Shown here: positions 36,244-49,847 of the stretch, piece after piece
How the letters are laid out: each line of letters begins with the position of its first letter
Position numbering within the stretch: the stretch's first letter is position 1
NCBI GenBank assembly: GCA_011109175.1
Contig: RDEW01000025.1
Coordinates: 403,990-467,989 of the forward strand
Source: Dicyema japonicum
Lineage: Eukaryota; Animalia; Dicyemida
Length of the DNA stretch: 64,000 nucleotides
Direction: 5' to 3'
The notes under the pieces: generated by a model
Told to the model about the DNA's origin: nothing
Seen by the model: only the letters and a program-made list of their open reading frames with translations
The model's database searches: none
Made by a program: the position numbers and the translations under genes

Positions 36244-37115
36244 GGCGTCATGTGGCTCAATGGATACAACAATTCTGGAGGCGCTCATAATGATCCTAAA
36301 ACATATCCAAAAAGAGCCATTAGCTCTCTTACATGGTCTGGCTACAGCTTCCGGATTCCCGGATGGCTAGCTTCACGGAATACTGGTCTGGCTTAGCTTC
36401 CCGGATTCGCAACCTAGTCAAGTCAAAGTACCGGATCTCCGTTATACAACTGAATGTGAACGGAATAAAAGACAAAATGGTAATGTTGTATTTGAGTGAC
36501 CTTTATTTTTTTGACTGATATGCCAGCCATCCATGGTTATAATCCTCGTCACTCGAAGTATGTGTCTTGTAGTCACATCTTTCAAGGTTTCCGTCGGTCT
36601 ACAATGTTCAATATTTTTAAATAAACCTATCTTGAACCTCTGCGAGAAAAGAGCGCCCTGTTCCGCGCTCGATTTTTCGAAGGACCCAATACCTTCCCGC
36701 CATTGACCGCGATGGTTTTTGCGGTGGAAGAATTTAGACTTTTGGTTATTATTTCTTCTTGTGAAATTATGCTCTTGCTACCAGCTCGCACCATGTTATT
36801 CAAATTTACACAGTACATCGAACCATGCATTTCATATGCGTGTACTTCATGGGAACCACAGGCTTCTTATACGAACATCCAGAAAATTTCCGCAACCCAG
36901 AAAATAGCCTTCAAACTAACCTAGAGATGATATACATGGTAAAACATTAAATCACCGACGTCCATGGAGAAACTAATCGAAAAAAAACAAAAATAGATAC
37001 CAATGCCAAAAAGAAAGTGCTCGCCCGCAACGAACTTGTGTAGTCTCAAGAGATCAACACCGAGCAAAGATGAGTGCTTTTATCCAATTCGTCGGGATCA
37101 TTTAGTTTAGTTTTT
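36244..37115 (+). mobile_element. Internally deleted Ingi/Vingi-like derivative
   Basis: It has the structured 5' head, the APE start IQLNVNGIKDK, the RT C-terminal segment QYIEPCISYACTSW and the 3' end cgggatcatttagtttag. Confidence 0.65.
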
Positions 37116-37238
37116 TTTGGTTTAGCAGTAATCTTTGAAATTTAATTTAATTATTATAGATATTAAATAATAATTAATTAAAAAATTATTTTAAAAATTT
37201 AAGTTAAATAAAATTTGACCCAATAAAATTTATTTTAC

Positions 37239-38580
37239 ATGATCAGAACAATTCATTTTGTCATATTTATTCTGTTTACTAAAATCGTCAAAATAAAATG
37301 CGATAGGAAATATTTATTAATTGAGTCATATGCAATTTAAAAGAATCCTTTTGAAGTATATATTTCGTTAACTTTAGGAACATCAGTTATTGAGGTTAAA
37401 TCACGATCTACTAATAGATGACTGGAAAACTTATGGAACGTATAGTTTTTTTCTATCTGATATAAAATTTACACTTATTCCAAAATTTTACAGTGAGTTT
37501 TATACTATTGACTTTATAACAGAAATTGTTTATGGTACGCTTTTTGTTATACTAAGGTGGTAAACGTTATACAAATATCACAGAGATTCCTAAAACTAGA
37601 TATGGAGATTATTATCGATGTGGTTATACTCATATTAGTTTTTCGAATAATTTATCTGTCACAATTTATTCAACAAGTTGCAATATCACGATAATGGTAG
37701 ATTGTACTATTTTACTGGAAAAGGTTTTTATTAAAATTTATTTAGCTAATGACTGTAACCCAAATAACGACCCAAATACGGCGATTTGGTTTTTATTTAA
37801 CAAAAGAGAATAGGAGGAGTAATAAGTGGAAATATCAAAATATCATATATTGACAATAACAAATTGTACACGTGAGCATTGATTCTTAGATAACAGATGA
37901 GCATTTCAGTGATTATGCATATAATAGGATAACAAATTATTATCATGACTATAGATACATATTGACTAGTAAACATACTACTATAACTATTACGGCGTTT
38001 AAACAATCTGAGAATAAATATCATATTCATAAATTTTCTGTTTGTGTTGGGTACAGAAGAATCAAATGTGTTTCACTTAAAAAGCGATTTAAACAAATTA
38101 AAATGGGAGGATATTGTCTATGTGGATTCATCTCACAGAGTTATAAAAATGTGTCTATCGAAATTTCATCTCTAAAATTACAATTTTTCCGTGATGATTT
38201 GATTTTTGAATTTATTGGAGATGGTTAATAAATCCAACTGAATTTTAGATGAAGGATGCTTTGAAACACAATCATTTACTGAAATTAAAGGCAAAAAAAC
38301 CACACAATCATTTACTGAAATTAAAAAAAAAAAACCAATTTTACAGATGGTTAGTAAACTCGACTGAATTTTAGATAAAATAAGTTTTGAAGAACTATTA
38401 TCGTCTGAAAGTAAATCCGTAAAAAAACTTACGAAACATCAAATAACTAGAATCGTGTGTGGAGTTGTCGGACTAGTGTTGTCATTGGTACTATTTATAA
38501 TACTTACTGGCGTCATTGCTAATATTTATATCAAAATGAAATCCCGTAAAGAATCACTCTTCACCAAACCATTCCTTTAG
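37239..38580 (+). CDS. LAMP-like type I membrane glycoprotein, copy 2 (frame-disrupted, one extra exon)
   Basis: It is a paralog of 30658-31883 and has an intact TM and tail, IVCGVVGLVLSLVLFIILTGVIANIYIKMKSRKESLFTKPFL*. Exon 1 has an in-frame TAA and there are 1-nt indels. Confidence 0.5.
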
Positions 38581-38949
38581 TTAAGCTAATTATGATTCTT
38601 TTTCGGTTAAATTGGGTTAATGGTTTATATTTCTTAAAATATTCACTTGGCAATTTTCATGGTGGCAGTTGAGTTTATTCAGTGCTCTCGGCTCACAGTC
38701 AGATATATTCTTTTAACTAGATGCCTGTTCACTTTTTCCCTAACTCTGAACAGCAAATAAGTGCAAGATTAGCTAATAAATGAAGTTTTCAGTGATACGA
38801 GGAAGACATCCACTACCTCGAACGCATAATTGAAGAAAACAACCACGAAATGGTATAATTTTCAGTTAATTAATTTACTCGAATGGTATCATCCATCCCT
38901 TCCAATCCCAACGAACTGAATCGTTTGAAACAGATACACGATTATTTTT

Positions 38950-39270
38950 CAACGAAAGAACATTCCGAAGACTTGATGATAAAACCTCCTCTAATCGACC
39001 AACAAAATTCTATCTCCAGAGGGACATCCGGGTAAACCTGGCTCGTCTACGATGTGGAGACCACCCCTCTCTACTAACTACGTACGTAAACTGATGATGT
39101 AAAAGATCTCCTCTTTTCCTTTTGCAACCTCTCCTAGTTGACATCAAACACCTTTTTGAATGTCCATTACACTGTTTGTCTACAATACCAGACTGACCGA
39201 CATTTGCTGCCTCCTGTTTAATAGCCGCTGGTCTCCTACAAGTAAATGAGGCCGGGGTTACTTAACTAAC
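38950..39270 (+). mobile_element. Ingi/Jockey-group 3' fragment
   Basis: Frames give RDIRVNLARLRCGDHPSL and KHLFECP, the C-terminal zinc-knuckle region. Confidence 0.6.
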
Positions 39271-40699
39271 TATACAAAAAATGATTGGCATTTATCCACT
39301 CTGGGATATTTGACTGAGTGAATATATTAAACAATCTTATTTCAACGCCACGTGAATTAATGAGATGATTAACCAGCAAATAATCTATTTCCCCAACCAG
39401 CTTATAGAAATATTATTTTTGCTTAACTGGGGCTTTGGAAAAAATAATTTTTGCCGTAAACTAGACTTAGAGTAATTAAAGCTATAATATCGATCTCTAA
39501 TATATTGCGACTTAAATTTGGGGGTGAATATAATTTCCATGCTTGATCCTTTCCAAAAATCCTTTTTTCTCACAGCTAGTCACCATCGAATTCAGCTTCT
39601 CGACAAACTCGATTTCACTGACCCAATAAACTCACGTAATGTTCCGATAATGTCAGACTCTCAGTATTTTATATTCTCTACATTATATTCGCTTTAGCTG
39701 GTCCCCATTGTTGTAAAAAAGGTACTTTCCATCAGATTGGAAGAGGTATTCAGAGAACAAATGAAATACACGTTTTTCATAACAAGACAGCAGTATTCCA
39801 TGATAAAGACTGAATAACTTCTAGGAGTTTATTTACACGTGCTGTTACTTAGGTCGTCAAGATTTTCATTTACGACTCCGTTGTTCTATCAGTCAGACAC
39901 AAGTAGAGTATTCCGGCCTACAATATCTTGGATCTTGAATTTCTGATTTGGCAATATGAACTTAAGCCTTAAAACAGTCGTTCTGGTAAACAAACTAATT
40001 TTGATAGTTTTTGTAGTCAGTAAGTCCAGTTAATAAAGCAAAAATTTGACCTCCACTTGTGTTTCTGGGATCACTTGGAACATTTTTTCTCATTTTGGCA
40101 AGTAATCCTGGGGCAATAACAATTCTTAACTCGCAAGGATGGTTTTGTCACTAATCTCTATCTTCCAATATATGAGACGGCACTCTTCGGATTATCAAGG
40201 TTTTCGTAGTTTTCTCGAATTATTCCTTCGTGGTGATATTTTCTGGTGTTCTTGGATCTATTCTTAAAATGTTAGAATCAACATGCCTCTGTGACCATTT
40301 ATTTATTTAACACCCAAGACCACTGTAAAATCCAACTTACTATCACGTGATCCCGATGAGTTCCACCAAAATCCTCATCCTTTCCCGGTGCTCCTCCCTC
40401 GTGCCCTCACAAGCTCGTACTGGGCGGCTGACTGTATTTGCAGGGCCAAAAACATATGTTTTTTAAAATTGTTTAAAACTTATTAAAATTTTATTGATTT
40501 TCATTTTTTAGTTCTTCAAATTTTTAAATAAAATAATAGCGTCGATCAATTATCCTTAGATCTACTGTGGTATGCTCTCTACTGTTAGCTACTGTGGAGG
40601 TTTAACTTGAATTTATTATAGAGCTGAAAAAGTTTTTGTTTTGTTAACGAAACCGATAGTTGGCGACATATTACAGTGTTAGAGTGCGTATTGGAAAAT

Positions 40700-41100
40700 G
40701 TATGTCGCGTGAAATCGTGACAACAGCGGCCACACTAAAAGGAGACTGCCTCTCTCCAGTATTGTTCGCTGTATACCTCGAATATGTTCTACGAGATCTC
40801 TGAAAGTATTACAACGACGATATTATGGCAATTGTATACTCCGATGATGTTGACTTTGTCTCGAGTAAAAAAGATACACTTTACGTCTACTGGAGGAGTA
40901 CCAGACCGTCTGGCTAAATGGTCTCTATTAATGGGCGCTTCGGGGATGGAACCAGCAGTACCGAAAACAGGAGGATGGCCATAAATCTTGTCTCGTTTCT
41001 TGGGGACTCCGAAGTCATTGCCAGAAGGAATTTGTTATCTACGGTGACCATGCAAAGGCTTACGAAACAAAGAAATCACAGCGCAGTAAGAAACCCATAG
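40700..41100 (+). mobile_element. Non-LTR RT fragment (RTE-like)
   Basis: It contains GDCLSPVLFAVYLE and YSDDVDF. Confidence 0.7.
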
Positions 41101-41261
41101 ACCAGATTGGTTGCATTTTGTGAATCAAACCATTAACTAACCGCAGCATAAGTAACAACACTATAGAAAATAGTCATAGTCTCAAGAAACTAGTTTCTCC
41201 TCTACGTAGAGATAGACCAATCGCCTTCTTGTTTTTATCCCGGGGCAGGAAACACACAATA

Positions 41262-41398
41262 TTTTTAAGTAGAGAGCAGTTATCATAACTAATCGATGAG
41301 GGTGCACCAAGGAATGTTCTTCACTTATTTATGTTGGGTGTGAGTCCTTTTGTAGACGATCCGGTTCCATATGTCCACTGATGACGGCGTCACTCGAA
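41262..41398 (-). mobile_element. Diverged partial SINE
   Basis: It matches the SINE body, including ctgatgacggcgtcactc. Confidence 0.75.
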
Positions 41399-41656
41399 AA
41401 ATCAATAATAAAGTAATACTTTGATTAATTCAATATGTTCGCAGTAATAATTGAAAGTTGTGATAAATTCAAAAAGTCTCATATCTAGCATATAAAGTTA
41501 ATACAATTTCTATGAGAATAACTAACTTGACGATTTCTACACAACAAATGTCATAGTTATAATTTTTTTAGAATTTTGTGCTTTAAATACTTTGGTTGAA
41601 AGTAATATAGCTATGTAATAGTGACTATAAAGAACTTTAGAACGTCTGAGAGCATA

Positions 41657-42037
41657 ATAATAACAACAGCTTTTTCACTAGAGCCTAATATTTATAGCTC
41701 CGCATAGGCAGGACACACACTTTATTTAAATAGAGAACAGTTAATTTTAACTAATCGTAGAACCAAGGAATGATCTTCACTTTTTTTTCTTTTTCTTGTG
41801 TGGGTCCTTTCTAGACAATCCAGTTCCGCAGTGAGTATCACTGATGAGGGCGTCACTCGTCAAACCCTTTCTGCATCGTAGATGCGTGGAACCTTCCACC
41901 AGGTGAACAGCAGCGAGAATCGAACCGGTAACCTAAGTCACTTTAGCAGGTAGGCCAATTTAGAACCACATCTAAACAAAGAGTGCAGAGATAGTACCAC
42001 ATCTAACAAGACACCTAACCACTATGCCACCCGGTCC
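41657..42037 (-). mobile_element. Full-length SINE with 9-bp target-site duplication and a foreign insert
   Basis: GAGAGCATA flanks both ends (41648-41656 and 42038-42046). A- and B-boxes are present. An insert of about 64 nt occupies 41946-42009. Confidence 0.9.
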
Positions 42038-45000
42038 GAGAGCATAGTTGACCTTAAATTTGTAGAAATTACCAATTTAAGCTTTATGGGTGTCACATCT
42101 AAACTCTAAGACTTCGCTATGTTAGCTTCAACAGCCTTGGGGCATCTTCCATAATTGGCAAAAGTGGCTGTATGAACCACAATTCAAAAACTTATTGTTT
42201 GTAAACGGACACTGCGATCTTCTATGTGGACCAGAACAAACAAGGCATCTTTCAACATATCTCCATTAGGCGTGCAGTATGTTTCTCAACCTCGTAATAT
42301 ATTCCTTCGTCTTGTAGAACAAGTGGCACCACTTATTCACCAGTGGCACCACGAACTCCCAACAATAGTTAAAATTTATAATATTTTTATAATTTTAAAC
42401 GGCCGCACGTAAGTAGCAGCGATCCGCGATTGAGAGCTACTGTCTTGGAGACTCATTCCAACTGTATTTGTCACAGAAATTGTAAGTTTTCATGCAGACC
42501 AGCAGGTCGTCGAGAAAACTATATACATGCTTAACCAACAAACCCAACTCTCTTCTTTATCAAGCAACCACCAAATAGTTATTTTGTTAGGAAACATGAC
42601 GACCGTTTGGTACTAATTTATTCATGGACTAAGGCTCAATAGGACTTAGGTTATATCTATGAGGAAGGAGGGAACAGAAGAGTGGATGTTCAGTATGTTA
42701 ACAATTAAAATGAACATTTTAGTTTTCACATCATATCATTCATGAAAACGATTGACTTCCGAATTCTCATAGACGAGGTGACTGGCTAATGAGAAATTTG
42801 AAACCCAAAGTTCTGAACAAAGTATCAGATGTACTTAGATTCGAGTTAATCTCATCTCATTGGATAATAGCTAATGTGAAAAAATTGTGACGCACTGTAG
42901 ATCGGAAAATTCACATATTCCAAAAATAGAATATTTTAAAATCTTTTGATGCTACAAATACATCTCCGATATAAGTACTGTGCGTTGGCTGAATGTAAAC
43001 TTCAAATCCTTCTATATTCGATGTTTCTTTAGTTTCTACGACAACATGTGTTTCTACGACATTATCATCATCTCATCGTCTACCCAAATGGAAATATGAA
43101 TTTAACATTGGATATAGTGTATTCAATATAATTACTTAAAAGTTTCGTATTCAGAAGGACTATGGAACTAATCCATCACTTCGTTTGCAAAGGTTTGAGC
43201 ATCCCTACGGAGATGCTGTCACTGTTGTTGCAAAAATGTCAACAATTTTGTCAACGTTGAAGATAGTGAGGGAATTGTGAAAAAGGTGCCTTAAAAAATA
43301 ATTATCAATAATTAGTTAATGTTTGCTTTAAAATTATTTTTGACATGATTGACATTGATTTCTGCTGTCAAAGGTAACGTCTGTGGCGACATATTATGTA
43401 AAAGGTTGGGAAATATTTAATATAAACACTCATTTAATGGTAATTGATGACATATTGCTAACTTCAATCATACTAATGTTGTGAAAATTCCAAGCTAAAC
43501 AAAGAATCTACTGAGAGTCAAAAATTACTTCAAACAAATTCAAATATCAATAAAAACATTTTGGCATACATATTCTATAATATTCTTACTTGTTCGTTTA
43601 ATTGACTAATTATAGTTGTTGTGGTGTTGACATGTCCGTTTCTAATCATACCGAGAAATCGAATCCTATGGGCCTTCCTGCAAAATCAAATAAAGATAGT
43701 TTAGTAGAAGCAGGAGCGTCGTCTGTGGGGTTGGATAATGTCACAAGAACTAATATCAACATCGCTGGGAATATTGGTGCCAATACAACTTGCATTCATT
43801 ATCTGCCATTATTGAAGAGGTCGACTGTGTCTCTGAAGCTGAGTGGGTATCTCAGATTTTTCTTGCCACGAAACAAAGATTTGGAAGGATACCTAGGTGG
43901 CTGGAACCTCGTACTCAAAAAGTTCAATGAAAAGTACTCCAAGAGTTCCAGTCTATGTCAACTAAAAAAGATGCTGAAACCTGAAAATCGGAATAACAAT
44001 GTAAAAGGAGGCGAATGTTTCAAAGTGTAAAATAATACTAATGTGGAAATGACCTTTCTCGAAAAATTTTTTATTTTCTTTTTATTCTTTACAGTAATTT
44101 TCACATTCTCTTCAACCAAACAATTCATTAATAATTTTGGCAAAATTTTTATCAAACGAGATTTTTTTGTTAATTGCGTCACTTTAAAGTTGAGCTCTAT
44201 TGTTTACTCAATCAATCATACTAATGTTGTGGAATTTCCAAAGTTGGCCATAACACACATAATAAATACCCAAAAGTGTAGAATAATCCTTATTTGTATG
44301 TTAATAGACTTCAGCGCTATGATTAAAATACAATATAATATTGGAGGGAAAATATGACTATACAACAGAAAAACAATGTAAAATAAAATTCCTGATCTCA
44401 CAACGGATAATCAACAATGTGTCACTACTATCCAACAATAAGATCAGACTGTTGCTGGGTATATCCAACAATCAGTTTCAACATATAGGTTCCAATAAAA
44501 TTTCTAAATATTAATAAATATCATATTTTCATTGAAAATAAAAAAATTAGAATAACTGATCAAAGTAAATACTGAAAAATCAAATAGTGGAGAATAATCA
44601 ATATCTATTGGTTACCAAAATATGAATATATAGACATTTTGATAATAGACTTCAGCACTATTTGATGAATCAATAGTATATATAATATTTACGCAAATGT
44701 ACCACAATACAACATAAATATAAAATAAAAACCAAAACAATCAACCATCTACAAGAACGTGGCAATGCACCCTAATTAAAATACTAATGTATTAAAAGGT
44801 TCGCCATATTTTAAATAATTTTTAAAAATAAATAAATATTAATTAAATTTAGGTTGGAAATTTGAGGTGGTAGTGAGACGAATCAGTTGTGTACTGTGCG
44901 AAATTGTCATAGGGCAAAAGATCAGGTTCCTTTCTGCATCTCAAGGAAACTCACTTTGGCAGCGTGGGTAGATGTAAGAAGGCTTTTGATTAAGTGATCA

Positions 45001-45349
45001 TTCTTATTTTTTCGAGTGCCTACACAGGCGGTGTATGCCTGTGTGGTTAATTAGCTTTGTTGTGGCTGTGATGAATAGTTGGAGTATTCATCTAAACTAA
45101 AATAAGCTCACCAAATAGCCGAGATAAATCCTCAATAGGGGGAATCTTTTCATGGTGACAGCACGTGTCCACTGCTCTATGGTTTCTGTTTGGAGCCATT
45201 GAGTCGCTGCCTCAATTACCGGTTTGAGGGAATACTATTTCATTGTGAAGGTTTTTTTCAGTACAATTGACTTTTTTAATCTATGTCCTGAAGATATATA
45301 CTCGAACAGCCAAGGACTCCATGGGGGTCTGTGCCAGATAATTCTTTGA

Positions 45350-46560
45350 GAGCATAAGACTAGATTTGAATTATTCCAAGAGAGTTAGTAAGAGTCCTAG
45401 AGGAACACGTACAATATTAGTATCTTTATGATACCGAAACACCAAAGTCTCTTATAATGCCTAAGACAAAGTGACAAATCGCTAAATGCATCCGTAGAGC
45501 AGCGTTATTATGTAGACGTTTCTAAATGCAATGAATTTGTTCCTAGCATTAAATAAGCATGCTGTCTTGCTGCTAAACAACTACATAGGTGTCGTGGAGT
45601 TTAAGCCAAAAAGTATGATGAGATTGATGTCATAATCCGTTGAGTACTCAGATAAAACCATATCATTTGCTGGCCGCCAATAAAGAGAGACTATATTTAC
45701 CCCGTGATAAATTCGGCCTTGGAATTTGTGGCGTAGTCCAACTAAGGAGCGTATTCTTATGCGAATGTACGACCCAATGATAGCTGGGTCAAGTGTGTCT
45801 GCTAGGAAGCATGCCATATTAACGACAGAGAAATAACTCACCTAGGCACTATAGACTTTTTTGTCTGCCAAGTATGGTGGTGGTGATGGTGGGCTAGTAA
45901 AATTGAAGGAGTCGATCGAATTACAAAATAATAATTTGAATGAAATGATCAACTAAAAAACAACCTTAAGATTTTTTTCAGAGCATTGACAACCCACATG
46001 TCGACCTTAATTCATCTACATTATGGCTAAAATACGCCGATAACTCACGTTGACCGAAGGAGTTTTCTCGTATATGCAATACCGCGTAATTTTTCGTGTT
46101 GATCAACAAATGCATGTCCCCATTGTCAGTCAAGGAGCATGTCGGTAGATCATATAGCCATTCGGTGCGGATCCATGCTCTGCCACGAGTATGTGTGGAG
46201 GCATTACGACATAGTAAATAGTCTTCATCTACTAAAAATAAACAGGGCATTGTGGTACACGACAAAGACTCTGGCCAATTCTTTATCATAGAAGTTGGCA
46301 TTACGTATCAAGACCGTTTTCAAACTGTTGAGGTGGAGAAAAAGGTAGTATTACTTGCTTGCAACGAGATGGGGCAGATGCTGGTTGCAAGGTCCTCGTT
46401 ATTCAAATAGTAATGACGTGGAAGGAATTGCAACAAAGTACCACAAAGGTGATCTAAAACAGTTAGGGGTAGATAGGAAGCTTCTAGGCTTATCGCGTCA
46501 TATATGGTTACATGTAACCTGTCAATCAAACAGTTTTATCACTTCATTAGTTGTCAGATG
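45350..46560 (+). mobile_element. R4/NeSL-like RLE retrotransposon 3' fragment
   Basis: Frames give NKERLYLPRDKFGLG, CGSMLCHEYVWRHYDIVNSLHL, FIIEVGITYQDRFQTVEVEK and EGIATKYHK. Confidence 0.7.
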
Positions 46561-49500
46561 TCATACTTAATGTGACTTTTATCATTTTTGTAAAAATGTT
46601 CGAATCAATCCATAGATAAAACCACTTTGTTGTAGATTTTATCAATGGTCAATAAATAAAAATAGGAATGATAAATAAAAATAGGAATTAATTGGAAAAC
46701 TAGATGGTTTTACTTACAAAAATAACTAATTTAAAAATATTATTGAAGAACTTAAATTTTATTTTCATTCTTGTTCCTCTTCAAGGGAGTTATTCTTCCT
46801 AGCCTAGTTTATGGGTGCGAGGGGTGTTCTTCTCTCCGAAGAGGGAGAAGATCTTATCCCTCGTAGAGAAGACTAGGAGAGCTGCCATTAAGCTCTCCTT
46901 AAACAAGAACTGAAAGACTGTTTAAGCGAGAACGAAAAAAGCTCTTAGAACCGATTAGTAGGATTGTTGTAGATCGGATCAATGGTTTCAGGAGGAAATC
47001 AAAGATCCAGGACAATTATAAAAAGCTTGGAGAAACGTCCTGAAAAAAATTAATAAAAAAGAAGGAAAAGTCCAGGTGTAGAGTTCAAGATGTGATACCC
47101 TCCAGAAAATTAATAAATCGTTTATTCTTCTAATTAACAGAACTAAACTGGGGGGATGACCTCATATAAAAGTATGCTGTTATAATTCCAATCAGATTTG
47201 AGAAAAAATTGACGATACCACCGCTTTTTATAATTGTCGAGAAACTGCTGAGATTGTTAAAGTCATAAGTGGTTAGTGGAAACAATTTGCTTGACAAAGC
47301 AGTGGAACTATTGAGAATATTTAACTGCAAAGAACAAGAGAAACTGCTGAGATTGTTAAAGTCATAAGTGGTTAGTGGAAACAATAACTAGAGGTATTAA
47401 ACTATAAGACAAAAACTTGTTCTTTGCAGTTAAATAGTTGCTTTGCAATCATTACCGGAAGGTTGAAAAAGTTTTATATCGTCTATTTGGAGTACATGTC
47501 AGATAACATTTATTTATCTATTCCTCTGATATAATTTCATATTCTATTGTTATCTACAACTCCATAGAGTAAGTCATTCCTGACATAACCACGCCAAAAA
47601 TGCGACAAGGAATGTCATATATGACCATCACTTAACAAAATCCCATTCTGACCAAATAAACCTTTTCTACTTCCTTGATAGCCAAGATTATTTTTCACAA
47701 ACTACAAAAACGCGAAGGATTGTGTTGACTACGTAAACCGTGAGCTAGTTAATTTGAGGTCGAAAGTTTAACAAATTTTGACTGGGAAATTAATGTTCTT
47801 ACAAACTATTGATTGAAGCTTCAAACTTTACATTCCAACATGATTAATACTAATTTACTTCATATTTGCTTGACAAAGCAGTGGAACTATTGATTACAAG
47901 AATGTAGGCACTAAAATATTACTAATTTAATCAACGAAGGAATAACAAGGAAATGAACTGACTTCATATCATTTCACCTCAAAAAATTATGTGGGACTAT
48001 TAAACCAATCTCTAACCATATAACATACTAAATGATGATAACGTCTAACAGATGTATGATCATCCATTTGGAGAGATCACCACAAGGGGCCAGACGCGGA
48101 AGTGAGAGATCCCTGGGAGCGCCCTGTTTTAGTGGAGTGTTCTTTGACGACGGCAGTTTCCTAGTGTTAATGAATTAATAATAACAGCCTTTTCATGAGA
48201 ACCATAATAGAACAGGATACAAACTTTATTAGAGAAAGAACAGTTATATTAACTAATCGTTGAAAAAGAGGAGTTGGCAAAGAAATGTTAACTTTTTTTT
48301 CTTTGTGGGAACCTTTAGTCCAAATTAACAACTGCGAGAATGAAACCTGGGCCATCAAGACTTTCCCTGGCACTTATTACACTGAGCCATTTGAATTTTA
48401 AGTTTATTTGTACAAAATAAAAATTTAAATATAATTTAACATCATCCTTATGGTAAAAAACTAAAAATTTAATAAATTTTTTGAAAACTGTGATATTTCT
48501 ATGATCTGAATTTTCTTAATGATTTTCGCGTTGTGAAACTTCTAAAAATAACTAACATTGAAGTTTTGCTAACAAAAGGTGGAAAAAAGTTCCACGGTTA
48601 ATTCGCTGATCACCAAGGTTTTCGCAATCTCTTGTTGCTCTCCTTACCTGTTTCAGACCTCCTGTCTAACACCATGTTTTAAGCATAAGAGCTTGAATTG
48701 AAATTGAATTGAAATTTATTTTCAAAGACCACAGTTAAAGACAAAAACAAGAAATTATGTGATCCGGGCGAATTTCAATAGGTCTCTCAGCTTGGCCCGG
48801 TGGTCATCCCTCGATGCAACACAAGCACACAGTGGAGTGATCCTCTTGCAACGGATCATTGAATTTTAAATAAAACTAAAAATAAATAGTTTACTTTATA
48901 TATTTTATTTTTTAAGGTTAATTGTCGGCCTCATGGCGCCATGCGGTTCTATCTGGTTAGTTAGTCAAAATTATTTTTTTACCATCAATGGCGTTATTTG
49001 ATCCACCTTACTGAGGAGACGCTCAATGCCTGGCCGGCATCAAGAGGGTCCAACTTTTCTTTCGCTGGGAGACAGCCTGGAGACAAGTTCGCGAACGAGT
49101 AGTTAGTTTGGTTATTCTTGGTTTTTGGAATAAATTTAATTTTTAACAGGTCAACGGATATCACAAAACATTTAAAACGTTCTGGAGAATGGGATCCAAA
49201 TTGGCCTCACATGCCTTTGTATGTTTTAAGAAAAATTTAGTTTTGTTAAGACAAGGAGCTGAAATTAGTTACTTGTCTCCCAATGTCCTTAGAATCAAAT
49301 TTGAACCGAATATTTTACTGTTTTTTCCAGGGAATTTGTAGACCTTCCGAACCAGCAGTAACGAGTTGTCATGTGAGTCGACCAATAGGCCGTGTAAAAA
49401 ATAGATTAACAGTGACGGTGACAAAAATTCCTCGTGGCACGCCGTTACGTGGGAATTTCAAGACGGATTTGCAAATATTGTGGAGACTTCATTTAAAATT

Positions 49501-49847
49501 TAGTATGACCATGACCACTTGGGAGAGTCGTGAAGAGATGGATCCTATTGGATTCCAGACAAACGCTGGGGGTCTCATGAGACAGGTAAATCTCATGAGG
49601 CTCTAAGAAGGCATAAAACAATGAGAAATTGTTCAATCAGGTCGATAGTAACGTGGGAATTGAAACCAAGAGTGAAAGTACTAACCACTGATAATAGGAA
49701 TTTATATCTAATAAATCAGTTAAAATACAGAACTAACTAACTGATCCCAGAATGTTCGACAGTGTCCTTATTTTGCCAATTACATCCTCAATCGACCCCA
49801 AAAGTACGTAAAATGAAATTTTTTTTGTTTTAGAAAAAAAACTGCAC

